Assembly (NCBI GenBank): GCA_050173015.1
Contig: JBFXLE010000006.1
Location: 1 to 64,000 of the forward strand
From: Calditrichaceae bacterium
GTDB taxonomy: Bacteria > Calditrichota > Calditrichia > Calditrichales > JBFXGD01
Direction: 5' to 3'
Length of the DNA: 64,000 bases
The translations under genes were made by a program, and so were the position numbers. Positions 18,687-28,791 of the stretch are shown in pieces (position 1 is the stretch's first letter; every line of letters starts with the position of its first letter). The notes under the pieces are model-generated. The model searched no databases and had not been told where the DNA came from. It worked only from the letters and a program-made list of their open reading frames with translations.

Positions 18687-20420
18687 ATGAAAATTCGTGA
18701 TTTAGAATGGTGGATTGTCGGAGTATTGGGTATCATCGCTTTTTTTCTTGCCATGATAGGTTTTAATATCATGTTTACCCATGCCGGTATTGAAAGAAAC
18801 ATGTTGGATCTTGCTTTCCAGTCAATGAAAATCTTCGGGATGGAATTTGTAGATGAATTCGCGTCTCCTCTTCCGATTCAGCTCGAAATCGCCAGGTGGC
18901 TGGCTCCGCTGGTGGTGCTGTACACCGCGGCAAAAGCGGTCATTTATTTTGTCCGGAGAGAATTTAGGTCACTGCTTATTAAATTTAATCATGACCATAT
19001 TATTATTACATCTCTGAATGACAAATCAAGATACTTAATTAATGATTTATTGGCAAAGAACGAAAGGGTAATTGTAGTCGCCTCTATTGATTCTCCGAGA
19101 AAGCTGGATCTCATTGAAAAAGACGGTGCCATATTAATAGAAGGCAGTATATCGGATCAGAGATTTCTTAAAAATATCGCGGCGCATAAAGCAAAGTATA
19201 TGATGTTTATCGAGGAAAATGATGAGAAAAACATTTCATCGGCTATTTCGGTCTATCAATATCTCGAAAAAAATGGTAAAGACAAAATACAAACATTGTT
19301 TGTGCATGTGGCCGATGATCTAAAGTTAAATGAGCTCAAAGAGCTGAACTTTTTTGAAGAGTTTGCAAGCGGGACAAATATCAAAGAAGTGTGTGATATC
19401 CGAATTTTCTCGATGAATGAACGAACTTCGCGGATACTGTTCAATAAATATTCGCCCGATATATTTACACCCGTACACAGTCCTGATGCCAAACAGTTGC
19501 ATGTGGCGTTGTTCGGATCGAATGATTTAACTCAAAGCATGGTCATACGGCTCGCGAGATTGGGCTGGTACGCGAATCTCAAGAATCTAAAAATTACTCT
19601 TTTCCATGAAGGTGACCGGATTGTAAATAAACTAAAAAATAGCTTTCCGGCCATCAATCAACTGATAGATCTTGATTTGATCGACGCTCCCTTAGATATG
19701 TTTGATATCAAGACATTTGACAGCATACACAGCAAACATCCCTTTTCGTCGGTATATATCCTTTGTAAAGATGATACGCTTTCCTCCTATATTTTAAACA
19801 AGCTTTCAAAAACAAAGTCCGAAAATAAAATGGACGTCATCCTTGGTCTGATGAATCCGGACGGAATATTGAATAAATGGTACACCGGAAAAATGCTGGA
19901 AAAAATAAATCTTCATAAATTTAATCTAATTGAAGAATCGTTCACCAAAAACGCCATTATCTCCGAAGAAATTGATAAACTCGCGATGATTATACATCAG
20001 GATTATTTAAGCAAACTGAAGAAAAGAGATCCCGCGAAACTTTCTCACCGGGACTGGGGCTCCCTGCCTGTGGATTTTAAAAATCAAAATCGCGAACAAG
20101 CCGATCATTTATATGTTAAGCTGAGGGCGATGAATTGTGAAGCCCTGCCGCCCGACGGGGAAAAGGGAAAACCTGTCTCAATTTCGAATAATTCACCGTT
20201 TATGGAACTGCTCGCGGAGATGGAGCATGACAGATGGCAGGCGCATATGCTCCTGAACGGTTGGACGTATAACAAATCCCGCGATGATTTGAAAAAATAT
20301 CACACCGATCTCGTTCCATACAATCAGCTAAGCGAAGAAGTAAAGGACTGGGATCGCAATGCCATCGGAAATATACCTGTATTACTTTCTAAGTTAGGAC
20401 TGGTAATAAGGGAAATTTAA
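18687..20420 (+). CDS. 2TM channel-like protein with RCK/TrkA-N-like domains and a C-terminal RyR domain
   Basis: TM1, pore-like helix, TM2 (LEIARWLAP), Rossmann-like HIIIT...LIEG.ISD..FL, and RyR motifs LAMIIHQDY, W.SLP...K.QNR.QADH...KL, LAEMEHDRW...NGW.Y, H.DLVPY..L.EE.K.WD. Confidence 0.85.
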   Translation: MKIRDLEWWIVGVLGIIAFFLAMIGFNIMFTHAGIERNMLDLAFQSMKIFGMEFVDEFASPLPIQLEIARWLAPLVVLYTAAKAVIYFVRREFRSLLIKFNHDHIIITSLNDKSRYLINDLLAKNERVIVVASIDSPRKLDLIEKDGAILIEGSISDQRFLKNIAAHKAKYMMFIEENDEKNISSAISVYQYLEKNGKDKIQTLFVHVADDLKLNELKELNFFEEFASGTNIKEVCDIRIFSMNERTSRILFNKYSPDIFTPVHSPDAKQLHVALFGSNDLTQSMVIRLARLGWYANLKNLKITLFHEGDRIVNKLKNSFPAINQLIDLDLIDAPLDMFDIKTFDSIHSKHPFSSVYILCKDDTLSSYILNKLSKTKSENKMDVILGLMNPDGILNKWYTGKMLEKINLHKFNLIEESFTKNAIISEEIDKLAMIIHQDYLSKLKKRDPAKLSHRDWGSLPVDFKNQNREQADHLYVKLRAMNCEALPPDGEKGKPVSISNNSPFMELLAEMEHDRWQAHMLLNGWTYNKSRDDLKKYHTDLVPYNQLSEEVKDWDRNAIGNIPVLLSKLGLVIREI

Positions 20421-20438
20421 TCAGGGAGGATGTGAACG

Positions 20439-23400
20439 ATGGAAAAATCAATCTTTAATCTATACAAAAACAGAGAAGTCAGAGTATTTATCTCTTCCAC
20501 CTTCCGTGACATGATGGCCGAGCGGGAATATCTTGTAAAAAAAGTATTCCCGGAGCTTCGAAAAAAATACTTGGATCGGGGAGTGACCATTACGGAGATA
20601 GATTTACGCTGGGGTGTTCTCGAGGAAGAAGCGGAAAATGGAAAAGTAATCGATATCTGTCTCACGGAGATTGATAACAGCCGCCCCTACTTTATAGGCA
20701 TCCTCGGTGAAAGATACGGCTGGATCCCCGATCACTCGGAATATGAAAAACATAAAAAAATAATCGAAAACTTCAGTTGGGTGGTAAAGGACATTGAGAG
20801 CAACTTAAGCATCACTGAAATGGAAATTCAGTATGGCGTTATAAGAAATCCGGAGATGATTGAAAGATCGGCGTTTTTTCTGCGGGACAGTCATAACGAA
20901 TCTTCAGTCGCTTATAGAGAAACACCCGGTTCCGAAGAAGAAAAGAAGCTTAAAATCCTGAAAAATTTAATTGAGAACAACCGGGAAATAGAGAGTTCCG
21001 CATTTAATGACGTCGCTGAATTGGGGAAAAGAGTATTTGAACATCTTAGCAGGATTATTGAAGCGGATTTTCCACTTCTTGATGAGCAGACAAAAAAGAT
21101 TTTACCGCAGCTCAATTTTATCAACGCGCGGCGAAAAGTATATATCAGAGAAGAAAAATATTTTAATTTAATAACCGACCATGTCGAAAGATCATCTTCA
21201 CCCATCGTCATAACGGGGAAAACCGGCGCGGGGGCGTCATCACTTCTCGCGAATTACCTTGTGGAGCATGCTGAAAAAAATCCGGATGATTTATTGCTTT
21301 ATAATTTTAGTAACGCTTCGGAAAATTCATCAAATCACATCCGGGTGCTCAAGCGATTTTGTGAGGAACTGTCCGGGGGAGAAATCAAGTTAGATGAGAT
21401 TGACGAAAACAGCAGCGAACAGCTAAAAAATTATCTGGATGAATTGCTTGAGCAAAAAGCACCGCAAAAAGTTCTGATTGTTATTGACGGCCTGGATGAA
21501 TTTGATAATGATGATAATTCACTTCTGTTGAATTGGCTGCCGTATAGTTTCGATGATAACGTAAAGATCATTTTGTCCTGCGGCGCGGGCGCTTCGCTGG
21601 AGAGACTAAAGAAGAGAAGATATGAAGTGGTTTATATCACCGAACCGGGCAAAGAAACCAGAGAAAAATTTATTAATGATTATCTTTCGGAATACAGCAA
21701 AAAATTACCGTTGAAGTATGTGAATGAGATTGTTAATGATGATATTTCTGAACTACCCCTGACCCTAAAATCTTTTCTCGATGAATTGCGGCAGTTCGGC
21801 CTGCATGAAGAACTGGACAATCAGATAAAATATTATACTACCGCCAATGGGCCGGTTGAATTCTTTGACAGAATTCTGAAGCGTCTGGAAACGGATTTTG
21901 AAGACAGTCAAAAAGGCCTAATTGAAGATATTTTTACACTTCTGTACACGTCAAAAACAGGATTAACGGAGACGGAGATACTTGAAATACTCGAAATCCC
22001 ACCTCTTTACTGGACACCTGTTTATAACGCCATTGAGAGCAATATTCTGAATCTGAACGGACAGCTGCGGATCGGGCATAAGTATCTGTCCGACGCGGTC
22101 AAACAACGTTATTTAAAATCTTCTGAAAACCAGAAAAAAATAAGCGGAAAGATCATCAATTATTTTATCGAAGATATCCGTGACTCACGGGCGGTTCAGG
22201 AAGTGGCGCACCAGTATATGTCATTGGGAAATAAAAAAGGGTTGTACGATTTTCTTTCGGCTATGGAAACGGTGATCAGTATTTTTGTCAGCCGGGATAA
22301 TGAGTTATTGTTGTCACAATACTGGGCCTGGTTATATCCCGAATTTAATCCGGGGGACATCTATTCACCGGTTCAGATCATAAAATTTATCGAAGCCAAA
22401 GAATATAATTTTAAAGAAGCTATCACGGTTATTACGGTATTCGGGTTGCTGTTTAAAAACCTGGGAATTTTGGATGTTGCCCAAGATTATTTTGAAACCG
22501 TTTATGTGTGGAGCAAAAAAAAGCTTGATGAAAGCGATGATCTCATAAGATCTTCACTGGCCCGTCTTGTAATAACAAATCTTGATTTAAACAAAATAGA
22601 ACCGGCGGAAAAATACGCAAGAGAAGCGGTCTCCCTTTGTGATAAATATCTTGCCAAAGAAGACAGTAATTATATCGCGGCTTATTCCAATCTCGGATTG
22701 GTTTTGTCCGCAAAAGAAAAATATTCCGATGCCATTGAAATATACAAGGGACTCCTGGATACAATTGATAAGGATAAAACAAAGACAGATAAGGCGAAGC
22801 TGAGTATTCTCAATAATCTCGCAACGGCCTATTTTAATAATAATCTGATTGATGAATCAATTAAGATTTCTAAGGAGATCATCCGTACCGGTGAGGAGAT
22901 GTATGGCTCAGATCATGCCGAAAACATTATTCCGCTTAGCAATTTAGCTTTTATTTATTCTCAGATCGGTAAACATAAGGAAGCGCATGAATATTTTAAC
23001 AAAAGTATTGAGATCTGCACAAAAACGTATGGAGAATCGCATCCGGAAACCATAAGCATCCTGTTCAATTTTATCGGCGTGCTTCTTTCCGATGGGAATT
23101 ATGATCTGGCGGGTTCATATTTAGATAATATCGAAACGATTCTGAAGCGGGAAAATATAAAAGGCGAAAAATTCGGTCAGCTGCTGCATTTGCGGGCACA
23201 ATTGTATAATTCAAAGGATGACTCCAAAAAAGCGATTAGCTTTGAAAAAGAGGCATTAAAAATATTCACGGAAGAATTTGGTATTGACCACAAAAATACG
23301 ATAAACAGTCTTCAAAATCTTTCCGGATATTATTTGGAAGCTGATCAACTTGCTGAAGCTGAAGAGATAATCAGAAACACCGAAAATATTCTGCTGGATA

Positions 23401-25820
23401 AATCCGGGGAAAAGGATGTTCGTCTCGCTGAAGTGTATAACTTATATGGCGGATTGTACAAAAAAAAGGGAGAATTAGAATTAGCCGAAGAATATTTGGG
23501 TAAAGGCCTGGAATTAAGAATTGATATTCTTGGTGAAACGCATAAGGATACCATCAAGAATTTTCAAAATTATGCCGTAATCTTAATTACAAATAATAAA
23601 GCGGATCAGGCGAAGAAGGTTGTTGAGTATAATTTAAAATTAAGCGAGGACAGGTTTGGAAAAGATTCAATAAGATATTGTGAAAGCCTGGAATTGATGA
23701 ATGAGATTCTATCCAGGCAAAAAGAATTTGACGCGCTCGAATCAAATTTACTGCATATCTATGAATTTTACGGGAAAACCTATGGGCAAAATCACCGGAG
23801 CACCTATAACACTCTGATCAGGCTTATTAATGTAAAAAAAGAGTTGGGACATAAAGAGCAGGTTTTGGCAATTACTCCGAAAGCGATTGAAATTGCCGAA
23901 AATATTTGGGATGAAGATGATATCAATTATCAAAATTTGCTTTTAGATACCGGTATGAATTTCTCCAATTTAAAAGAGTATGATAAGGCCATCACATTAT
24001 TCAATAAATTATACAAAATACAAATCAGAAATTTCGGCAAACTTGACAGCCGGACCTTACTGACTTTTAATAACATAGCAGGGGCTAAAAAACTAAGCGG
24101 CGACATGGATGGCGCCAGGCGCGATTATGAAGAATTGATTGATTCAATCGGGAAAAGCAAGACTCCGTACAATGACGAAATACTAACCTGTTTCAGTAAC
24201 TATGCCAGAATTAACTATGAACTCGGGGATCTGGATAAAGCGGAAACAAACTACCGAAGTTGTTTTGAGAATGCATTGAAGATTCATGGTTTTACGCATG
24301 AGACCACCCTGGACCATTTATATTATTTAGGGCAATTTTATATTAATACGGATCGTCATGATAAGGCCGAGACCTTATATAGAAGCTATATGGAAAACCT
24401 GACATCAACAGATGAAAAAACAGAAAAAGCGCTCATCGAAGTATTAAAAATGTTGCTCAACCTGATTACACCCAGAAGGGATCATGAAGCGCTTGAGCCG
24501 CTGTTGATCAAGCGCGCCGGATTGTCCAAAAAAATTTATGGGATAAACTCTGTCCAAACCGTAAGAGTTTTACTCGTTCTTTCCGTTAATTATCAGCTTA
24601 AAAAAGATTATCAAAACAGTGTCGCTATTCTCAACAGGATAGCGAGAGAATGTGAACCGGAAACGCTTTATGGTTCAGGTGATGAATATGTCTCGATATA
24701 CAATGATTTAATCTCATTCTATAATGAATCGAATTCTGAGAAAAAGGAAGAAGCGCCCGTTGATGAAAGCTGGAAAGAAAAAACGGATCAAAATAAAAAA
24801 CTAATTGAACAAGCGGAAAGCGAAGGCGAGCACCGCCGGATATTGGAAATATTGGCGGATAATATCGAACTGTACGAAACGCATCAGGGGCCTGAACATC
24901 CTGATACGGTCTTTTGTAAGCGTGATTACGCGAATAAACTCATGGAGATTGACCAGTTTGAATACGCGAACAAAATTCTTGAGGAAGTCCTGCGCATATT
25001 AAAAAACACTTTGGGCGTTAATCATGTGGAATATACTTTAACGCTCTATTCACTTGCCAAAGCACAAAAAGGGCTGGGTAAATTTGACGATGCTCTCACG
25101 GGTTTGAAAAAAGTGAAAGATCAGGTTGCCGCGGGTCTGGAAAGCAATCACCCGTTTTTGTATGAGATCAACAAAAAAATTGCCGACACCTATTTTGTGA
25201 TGTTTAAAAATGAAGAGGCGTTAAAGGCATTTGATACTCTTTTGAAATCGGTTTCTGAAGACAATGGAGTGGAGAGGGCATATATCATACTGCAGATCGG
25301 ACAATTATATATACGGCTGGAAATGTATGATGATGCTATAAAATATCTGGGCGAAGCAGAACAATTTTATGACAGTCAGTTTAAAGAAAATAATCCTTAT
25401 TCAATAATGATTCCGGATCTGATGGCCTTTATATATTGGAAAAAAGAGGAGCTTGACGCCGCGGAAAAGTATTATTGCCGGGCGGTGGACAACGCCGGAA
25501 AAATGCTCCCGCCCGAACATCCGGCGTATATAAAAACCATAAAAACGATCGCGCTTTTTTATTTTAACAATAATAGATTCAGCGAATCATTGACCTATCA
25601 CAATGAATTGTTGAATAATTATATTCAGACTTATTCCGGGAAAGATCAAATTGTTGTCGAACAAAAATTAACCGTCGCGCTGATATATCATAATCTGGAG
25701 ATGCATAGAGAAGCGGTTGGTTTGTTAAAGGAAGCCATCGATGCCGAACCGGAAGTTTTATCGGAAAACGCTCAAAAGATGATGATGAATTTGTATAATT
25801 TTTATTCGAAAGGTGATTGA
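20439..25820 (+). CDS. DUF4062 (TIR-like) - STAND/NACHT-like NTPase - long TPR array (nephrocystin-3-like architecture)
   Basis: RVFISSTFRDM..ERE.L....FPEL, IDLRWGV, CL.EID..RPYFIGILGERYGW, SITEMEI.YG (DUF4062). P-loop GKTGAGAS, Walker B LIVIDGLDE. Many G..H..T TPR units. Confidence 0.9.
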   Translation: MEKSIFNLYKNREVRVFISSTFRDMMAEREYLVKKVFPELRKKYLDRGVTITEIDLRWGVLEEEAENGKVIDICLTEIDNSRPYFIGILGERYGWIPDHSEYEKHKKIIENFSWVVKDIESNLSITEMEIQYGVIRNPEMIERSAFFLRDSHNESSVAYRETPGSEEEKKLKILKNLIENNREIESSAFNDVAELGKRVFEHLSRIIEADFPLLDEQTKKILPQLNFINARRKVYIREEKYFNLITDHVERSSSPIVITGKTGAGASSLLANYLVEHAEKNPDDLLLYNFSNASENSSNHIRVLKRFCEELSGGEIKLDEIDENSSEQLKNYLDELLEQKAPQKVLIVIDGLDEFDNDDNSLLLNWLPYSFDDNVKIILSCGAGASLERLKKRRYEVVYITEPGKETREKFINDYLSEYSKKLPLKYVNEIVNDDISELPLTLKSFLDELRQFGLHEELDNQIKYYTTANGPVEFFDRILKRLETDFEDSQKGLIEDIFTLLYTSKTGLTETEILEILEIPPLYWTPVYNAIESNILNLNGQLRIGHKYLSDAVKQRYLKSSENQKKISGKIINYFIEDIRDSRAVQEVAHQYMSLGNKKGLYDFLSAMETVISIFVSRDNELLLSQYWAWLYPEFNPGDIYSPVQIIKFIEAKEYNFKEAITVITVFGLLFKNLGILDVAQDYFETVYVWSKKKLDESDDLIRSSLARLVITNLDLNKIEPAEKYAREAVSLCDKYLAKEDSNYIAAYSNLGLVLSAKEKYSDAIEIYKGLLDTIDKDKTKTDKAKLSILNNLATAYFNNNLIDESIKISKEIIRTGEEMYGSDHAENIIPLSNLAFIYSQIGKHKEAHEYFNKSIEICTKTYGESHPETISILFNFIGVLLSDGNYDLAGSYLDNIETILKRENIKGEKFGQLLHLRAQLYNSKDDSKKAISFEKEALKIFTEEFGIDHKNTINSLQNLSGYYLEADQLAEAEEIIRNTENILLDKSGEKDVRLAEVYNLYGGLYKKKGELELAEEYLGKGLELRIDILGETHKDTIKNFQNYAVILITNNKADQAKKVVEYNLKLSEDRFGKDSIRYCESLELMNEILSRQKEFDALESNLLHIYEFYGKTYGQNHRSTYNTLIRLINVKKELGHKEQVLAITPKAIEIAENIWDEDDINYQNLLLDTGMNFSNLKEYDKAITLFNKLYKIQIRNFGKLDSRTLLTFNNIAGAKKLSGDMDGARRDYEELIDSIGKSKTPYNDEILTCFSNYARINYELGDLDKAETNYRSCFENALKIHGFTHETTLDHLYYLGQFYINTDRHDKAETLYRSYMENLTSTDEKTEKALIEVLKMLLNLITPRRDHEALEPLLIKRAGLSKKIYGINSVQTVRVLLVLSVNYQLKKDYQNSVAILNRIARECEPETLYGSGDEYVSIYNDLISFYNESNSEKKEEAPVDESWKEKTDQNKKLIEQAESEGEHRRILEILADNIELYETHQGPEHPDTVFCKRDYANKLMEIDQFEYANKILEEVLRILKNTLGVNHVEYTLTLYSLAKAQKGLGKFDDALTGLKKVKDQVAAGLESNHPFLYEINKKIADTYFVMFKNEEALKAFDTLLKSVSEDNGVERAYIILQIGQLYIRLEMYDDAIKYLGEAEQFYDSQFKENNPYSIMIPDLMAFIYWKKEELDAAEKYYCRAVDNAGKMLPPEHPAYIKTIKTIALFYFNNNRFSESLTYHNELLNNYIQTYSGKDQIVVEQKLTVALIYHNLEMHREAVGLLKEAIDAEPEVLSENAQKMMMNLYNFYSKGD

Positions 25821-25851
25821 GTATTCGGTTAAAAAATACTCGTAAACTATT

Positions 25852-28791
25852 ATGCCAGAGAATATTGACAAGACAATACGCATTGATGATTCAGATTCGG
25901 AAACTAAGCCGGATAATACCATCCGGATAGACGAGAGCAGCCCGCGGGAGGTGGATCAGACGATTAGAATGGATTATGATTCAGTCATTAAATCCGGTCT
26001 GGGCGGGGGTATTTCGGCAAAGGCAAGCCGGCATAATTTGTATGAATTGAACGGTAAAGAATTCCGTGTATTAAGAAAAATTTCTGAATCCACTTCCGAG
26101 GCTCAAATATTTTTAGTCGAAAGAGAGGGAGAACAGTATATTCTTAAATATTATTATCCCTTCATCAAACCCAAGCAGGAAGTAATCCATAAATTAAGGT
26201 CTTTGTCACATCCGGATATCATCTCCGTTTTGGATTTTGGCTATCATGATGAGCGGTTTTTTGAGATATTGACTTACGCTGATCAGGGGTCACTTGCTGA
26301 CCATATCCCGATCAAAAATATCAAAAAAATTAAGAAGTATGTGACGGAAATTTCAAACGCCTTAAAATTTTGTCATGACAACGGGATCATTCATCGGGAT
26401 ATAAAACCTTCAAACATATTCCTGAAGGATAAAAGTAAAAACGATGTGCTTGTGGGTGATTTCGGGATCGCGTCGATTGTCAGTGATGGCGAAGAATTAA
26501 GAAGGACAACCACCTTCCAGACGCCGGTGTACGCGGCGCCGGAATTTAAATTATCGTTAAGGGGCGAAACGATCATCACTAAAGCGGTTGATTATTACGC
26601 GCTCGGGATATCCGTCTGGGAGATGTACAGCGGGGTCATACCGCCGGACGGAATGGATGATCTGGAATTTCTGCGTGAAATGTTTGAGGGTGAACCCCCT
26701 CTGCCGGCAGATATGAATGAGGAAATTGCCAATCTCATCAAGGGATTAACGGTTCGGAATTATAAAAAAAGATGGGGATATGAGGAAGTCGGCAAATGGC
26801 TGAAAGGTGAATATGTTGAAATACATACCGAAATTAACGATGAATCCGGGGCTGTATTCGATTTCGGTGAGGATGATAAGGGAAAGACGCTTGTCGCCGG
26901 CAATCCGCAGGAATTAGCCAAACTGATTTATCGGTATCCCGATTTAGGGAGAAAGCATCTATACCGGGGCACCATAAAAGACTGGCTGAAAAAAACCGGT
27001 AATCAAAGATTGTTGATTGAAGTTGCTGATATCACCGAATATATTTATAAGGATGATGAGAAAACTGGTACAAATTACGCGGTATATATTCTTGATAAAA
27101 ACTTTCCGTTTTATTCACTTTCCAATAAACCGCTCAGAACAAAAAAGGAACTGGTTGATGAATTAAGACTAAACTGGAAAGTTTACACACCGGAACTTAA
27201 GGATCCCAATCATAAATTATATCTGTATCTTCAGTCAAAAATCGCGCGTGATGATGTCGAAAAATTTAGAGAATGCTATAAACAAAAAAAAGATGAATAC
27301 GCATTCTATAACATACTGTACACTCTTGAGTTTTCCTATGACAAGAATGCTCCGTTCGCTATCTTTACAAGGGGGGTTCTAAAAACACTCATTAGATCAC
27401 TGGAAGAATTATCCGGGTATTTTTTGAAAAATTGTTCAACAAGAAAGTCATTGTTTCTCAGCGCCGATTTCTGGGTTTGGCTTGAGTTCAAAGACCGGGA
27501 AATAGTATCCACCCTTCAAGAACTATTCAAAGAAGAAGACGGAGCGAGTAAAAATCTTCTTGGCCAGCTGCCTTATCTGATTTCACCGGATTCAGGGTAT
27601 AAAGGATTAAAGGGGAATGAAATATTTCCTTTTCAGGATTTCGGTAAAGAATTCTATGAAAATTTTGAAGCGTATAAAAAGATATTCAAGAATGAGGAAA
27701 GCGAGATATTTTATTATCTAAAGTCGAAAAACCTACCCGGTGAGATATCTTTTATACAAAAATGTTTTAATCCCGACAACAAGCCGACTCCATTTAATGA
27801 AAATCTGGCGATGATTAAAATCATCAAGGGATTTGAGTATGATTTGCCTTATGTGAATAAGAGTGATTACTTTTTTTCCCCCGATGAATTAATGGCCTCT
27901 CTGAAAGGCTCTTCCAGGATTAAAGAGGAACTATCGGATCAGGCTTCCTTTCTAAACATGTGGTTATCTGTGTTTTTCCACGAACAGCCGCTAAGTGATG
28001 ACAGAAAATTTTACATCTATTACCGGGATGATTTTGATAAACAGCTTGAAAAATATTTAGTTTTTATCAAAAAACTTCACAAAAAAAATGAAATTTCCGG
28101 GCGGTATGAAACCGCGAAGAATAAAGTAAAAAGTATCCAGAATAAATACAGCGGGATTGGCTCAAACCGGACGATAAAAAATATTTTCTATTATGGCTTG
28201 CCCTTGATTCCGGCTGTTTTGCTGGTATTATATTCGATATTTGCGGACGATAATCCACTGCCTTCAAATATCTTTAACGTGAGTCAGTGGTATTTTTTAC
28301 CGGTTGCTATTCTGGTAACAGGTTATTTGTTCAAAATCATGCATGATAATAATGAAATGGAATTGAGCACCGGATGTGTTGGCGGACCGGTGCTCGGATT
28401 AATTGTCGCGGTGATCATATATTATGTTTTTCTTGTTATCCTATCCGTTCCTTTACTGCTGGTGATAACTTTGGGAATCGCGTTTTATTTCTTATTCAAA
28501 AAATTGTACTATCTGATAAATGAGTATTCGGAAGCCCTGAATATTGAGAAATCCTATGTGGATATGGATGGCATTAATGATCTGGTTTATTCATACACTT
28601 TTAAGAAAAGAAATGAAATATCCATTTATGAATCTGAAGGATTAAAAGAAGCGCATAGCTATACAAAATCAACAAGGCTAAGAGTCTGGGCAACAGTTTT
28701 AATACCGACATTAGTTCTTGCCGCGATCGTGTTATTGCTTGTTTATTATAGCCCGGAATTAAACTTATTAAAAATATTAAAAGGTCAGTGA
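25852..28791 (+). CDS. Hanks-type Ser/Thr kinase with N-terminal Thr repeats and C-terminal TM helices
   Basis: ILKYY, HPDI, HRDIKPSNIF, DFG, TPVYAAPE, DYYALG; several hydrophobic helices near the C-terminus. Confidence 0.92.
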   Translation: MPENIDKTIRIDDSDSETKPDNTIRIDESSPREVDQTIRMDYDSVIKSGLGGGISAKASRHNLYELNGKEFRVLRKISESTSEAQIFLVEREGEQYILKYYYPFIKPKQEVIHKLRSLSHPDIISVLDFGYHDERFFEILTYADQGSLADHIPIKNIKKIKKYVTEISNALKFCHDNGIIHRDIKPSNIFLKDKSKNDVLVGDFGIASIVSDGEELRRTTTFQTPVYAAPEFKLSLRGETIITKAVDYYALGISVWEMYSGVIPPDGMDDLEFLREMFEGEPPLPADMNEEIANLIKGLTVRNYKKRWGYEEVGKWLKGEYVEIHTEINDESGAVFDFGEDDKGKTLVAGNPQELAKLIYRYPDLGRKHLYRGTIKDWLKKTGNQRLLIEVADITEYIYKDDEKTGTNYAVYILDKNFPFYSLSNKPLRTKKELVDELRLNWKVYTPELKDPNHKLYLYLQSKIARDDVEKFRECYKQKKDEYAFYNILYTLEFSYDKNAPFAIFTRGVLKTLIRSLEELSGYFLKNCSTRKSLFLSADFWVWLEFKDREIVSTLQELFKEEDGASKNLLGQLPYLISPDSGYKGLKGNEIFPFQDFGKEFYENFEAYKKIFKNEESEIFYYLKSKNLPGEISFIQKCFNPDNKPTPFNENLAMIKIIKGFEYDLPYVNKSDYFFSPDELMASLKGSSRIKEELSDQASFLNMWLSVFFHEQPLSDDRKFYIYYRDDFDKQLEKYLVFIKKLHKKNEISGRYETAKNKVKSIQNKYSGIGSNRTIKNIFYYGLPLIPAVLLVLYSIFADDNPLPSNIFNVSQWYFLPVAILVTGYLFKIMHDNNEMELSTGCVGGPVLGLIVAVIIYYVFLVILSVPLLLVITLGIAFYFLFKKLYYLINEYSEALNIEKSYVDMDGINDLVYSYTFKKRNEISIYESEGLKEAHSYTKSTRLRVWATVLIPTLVLAAIVLLLVYYSPELNLLKILKGQ

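Noticed and set aside
18687-20420. Canonical K+ channel or TrkA
   Set aside because: No TVGYG filter, no GxGxxG motif, and an added RyR domain.
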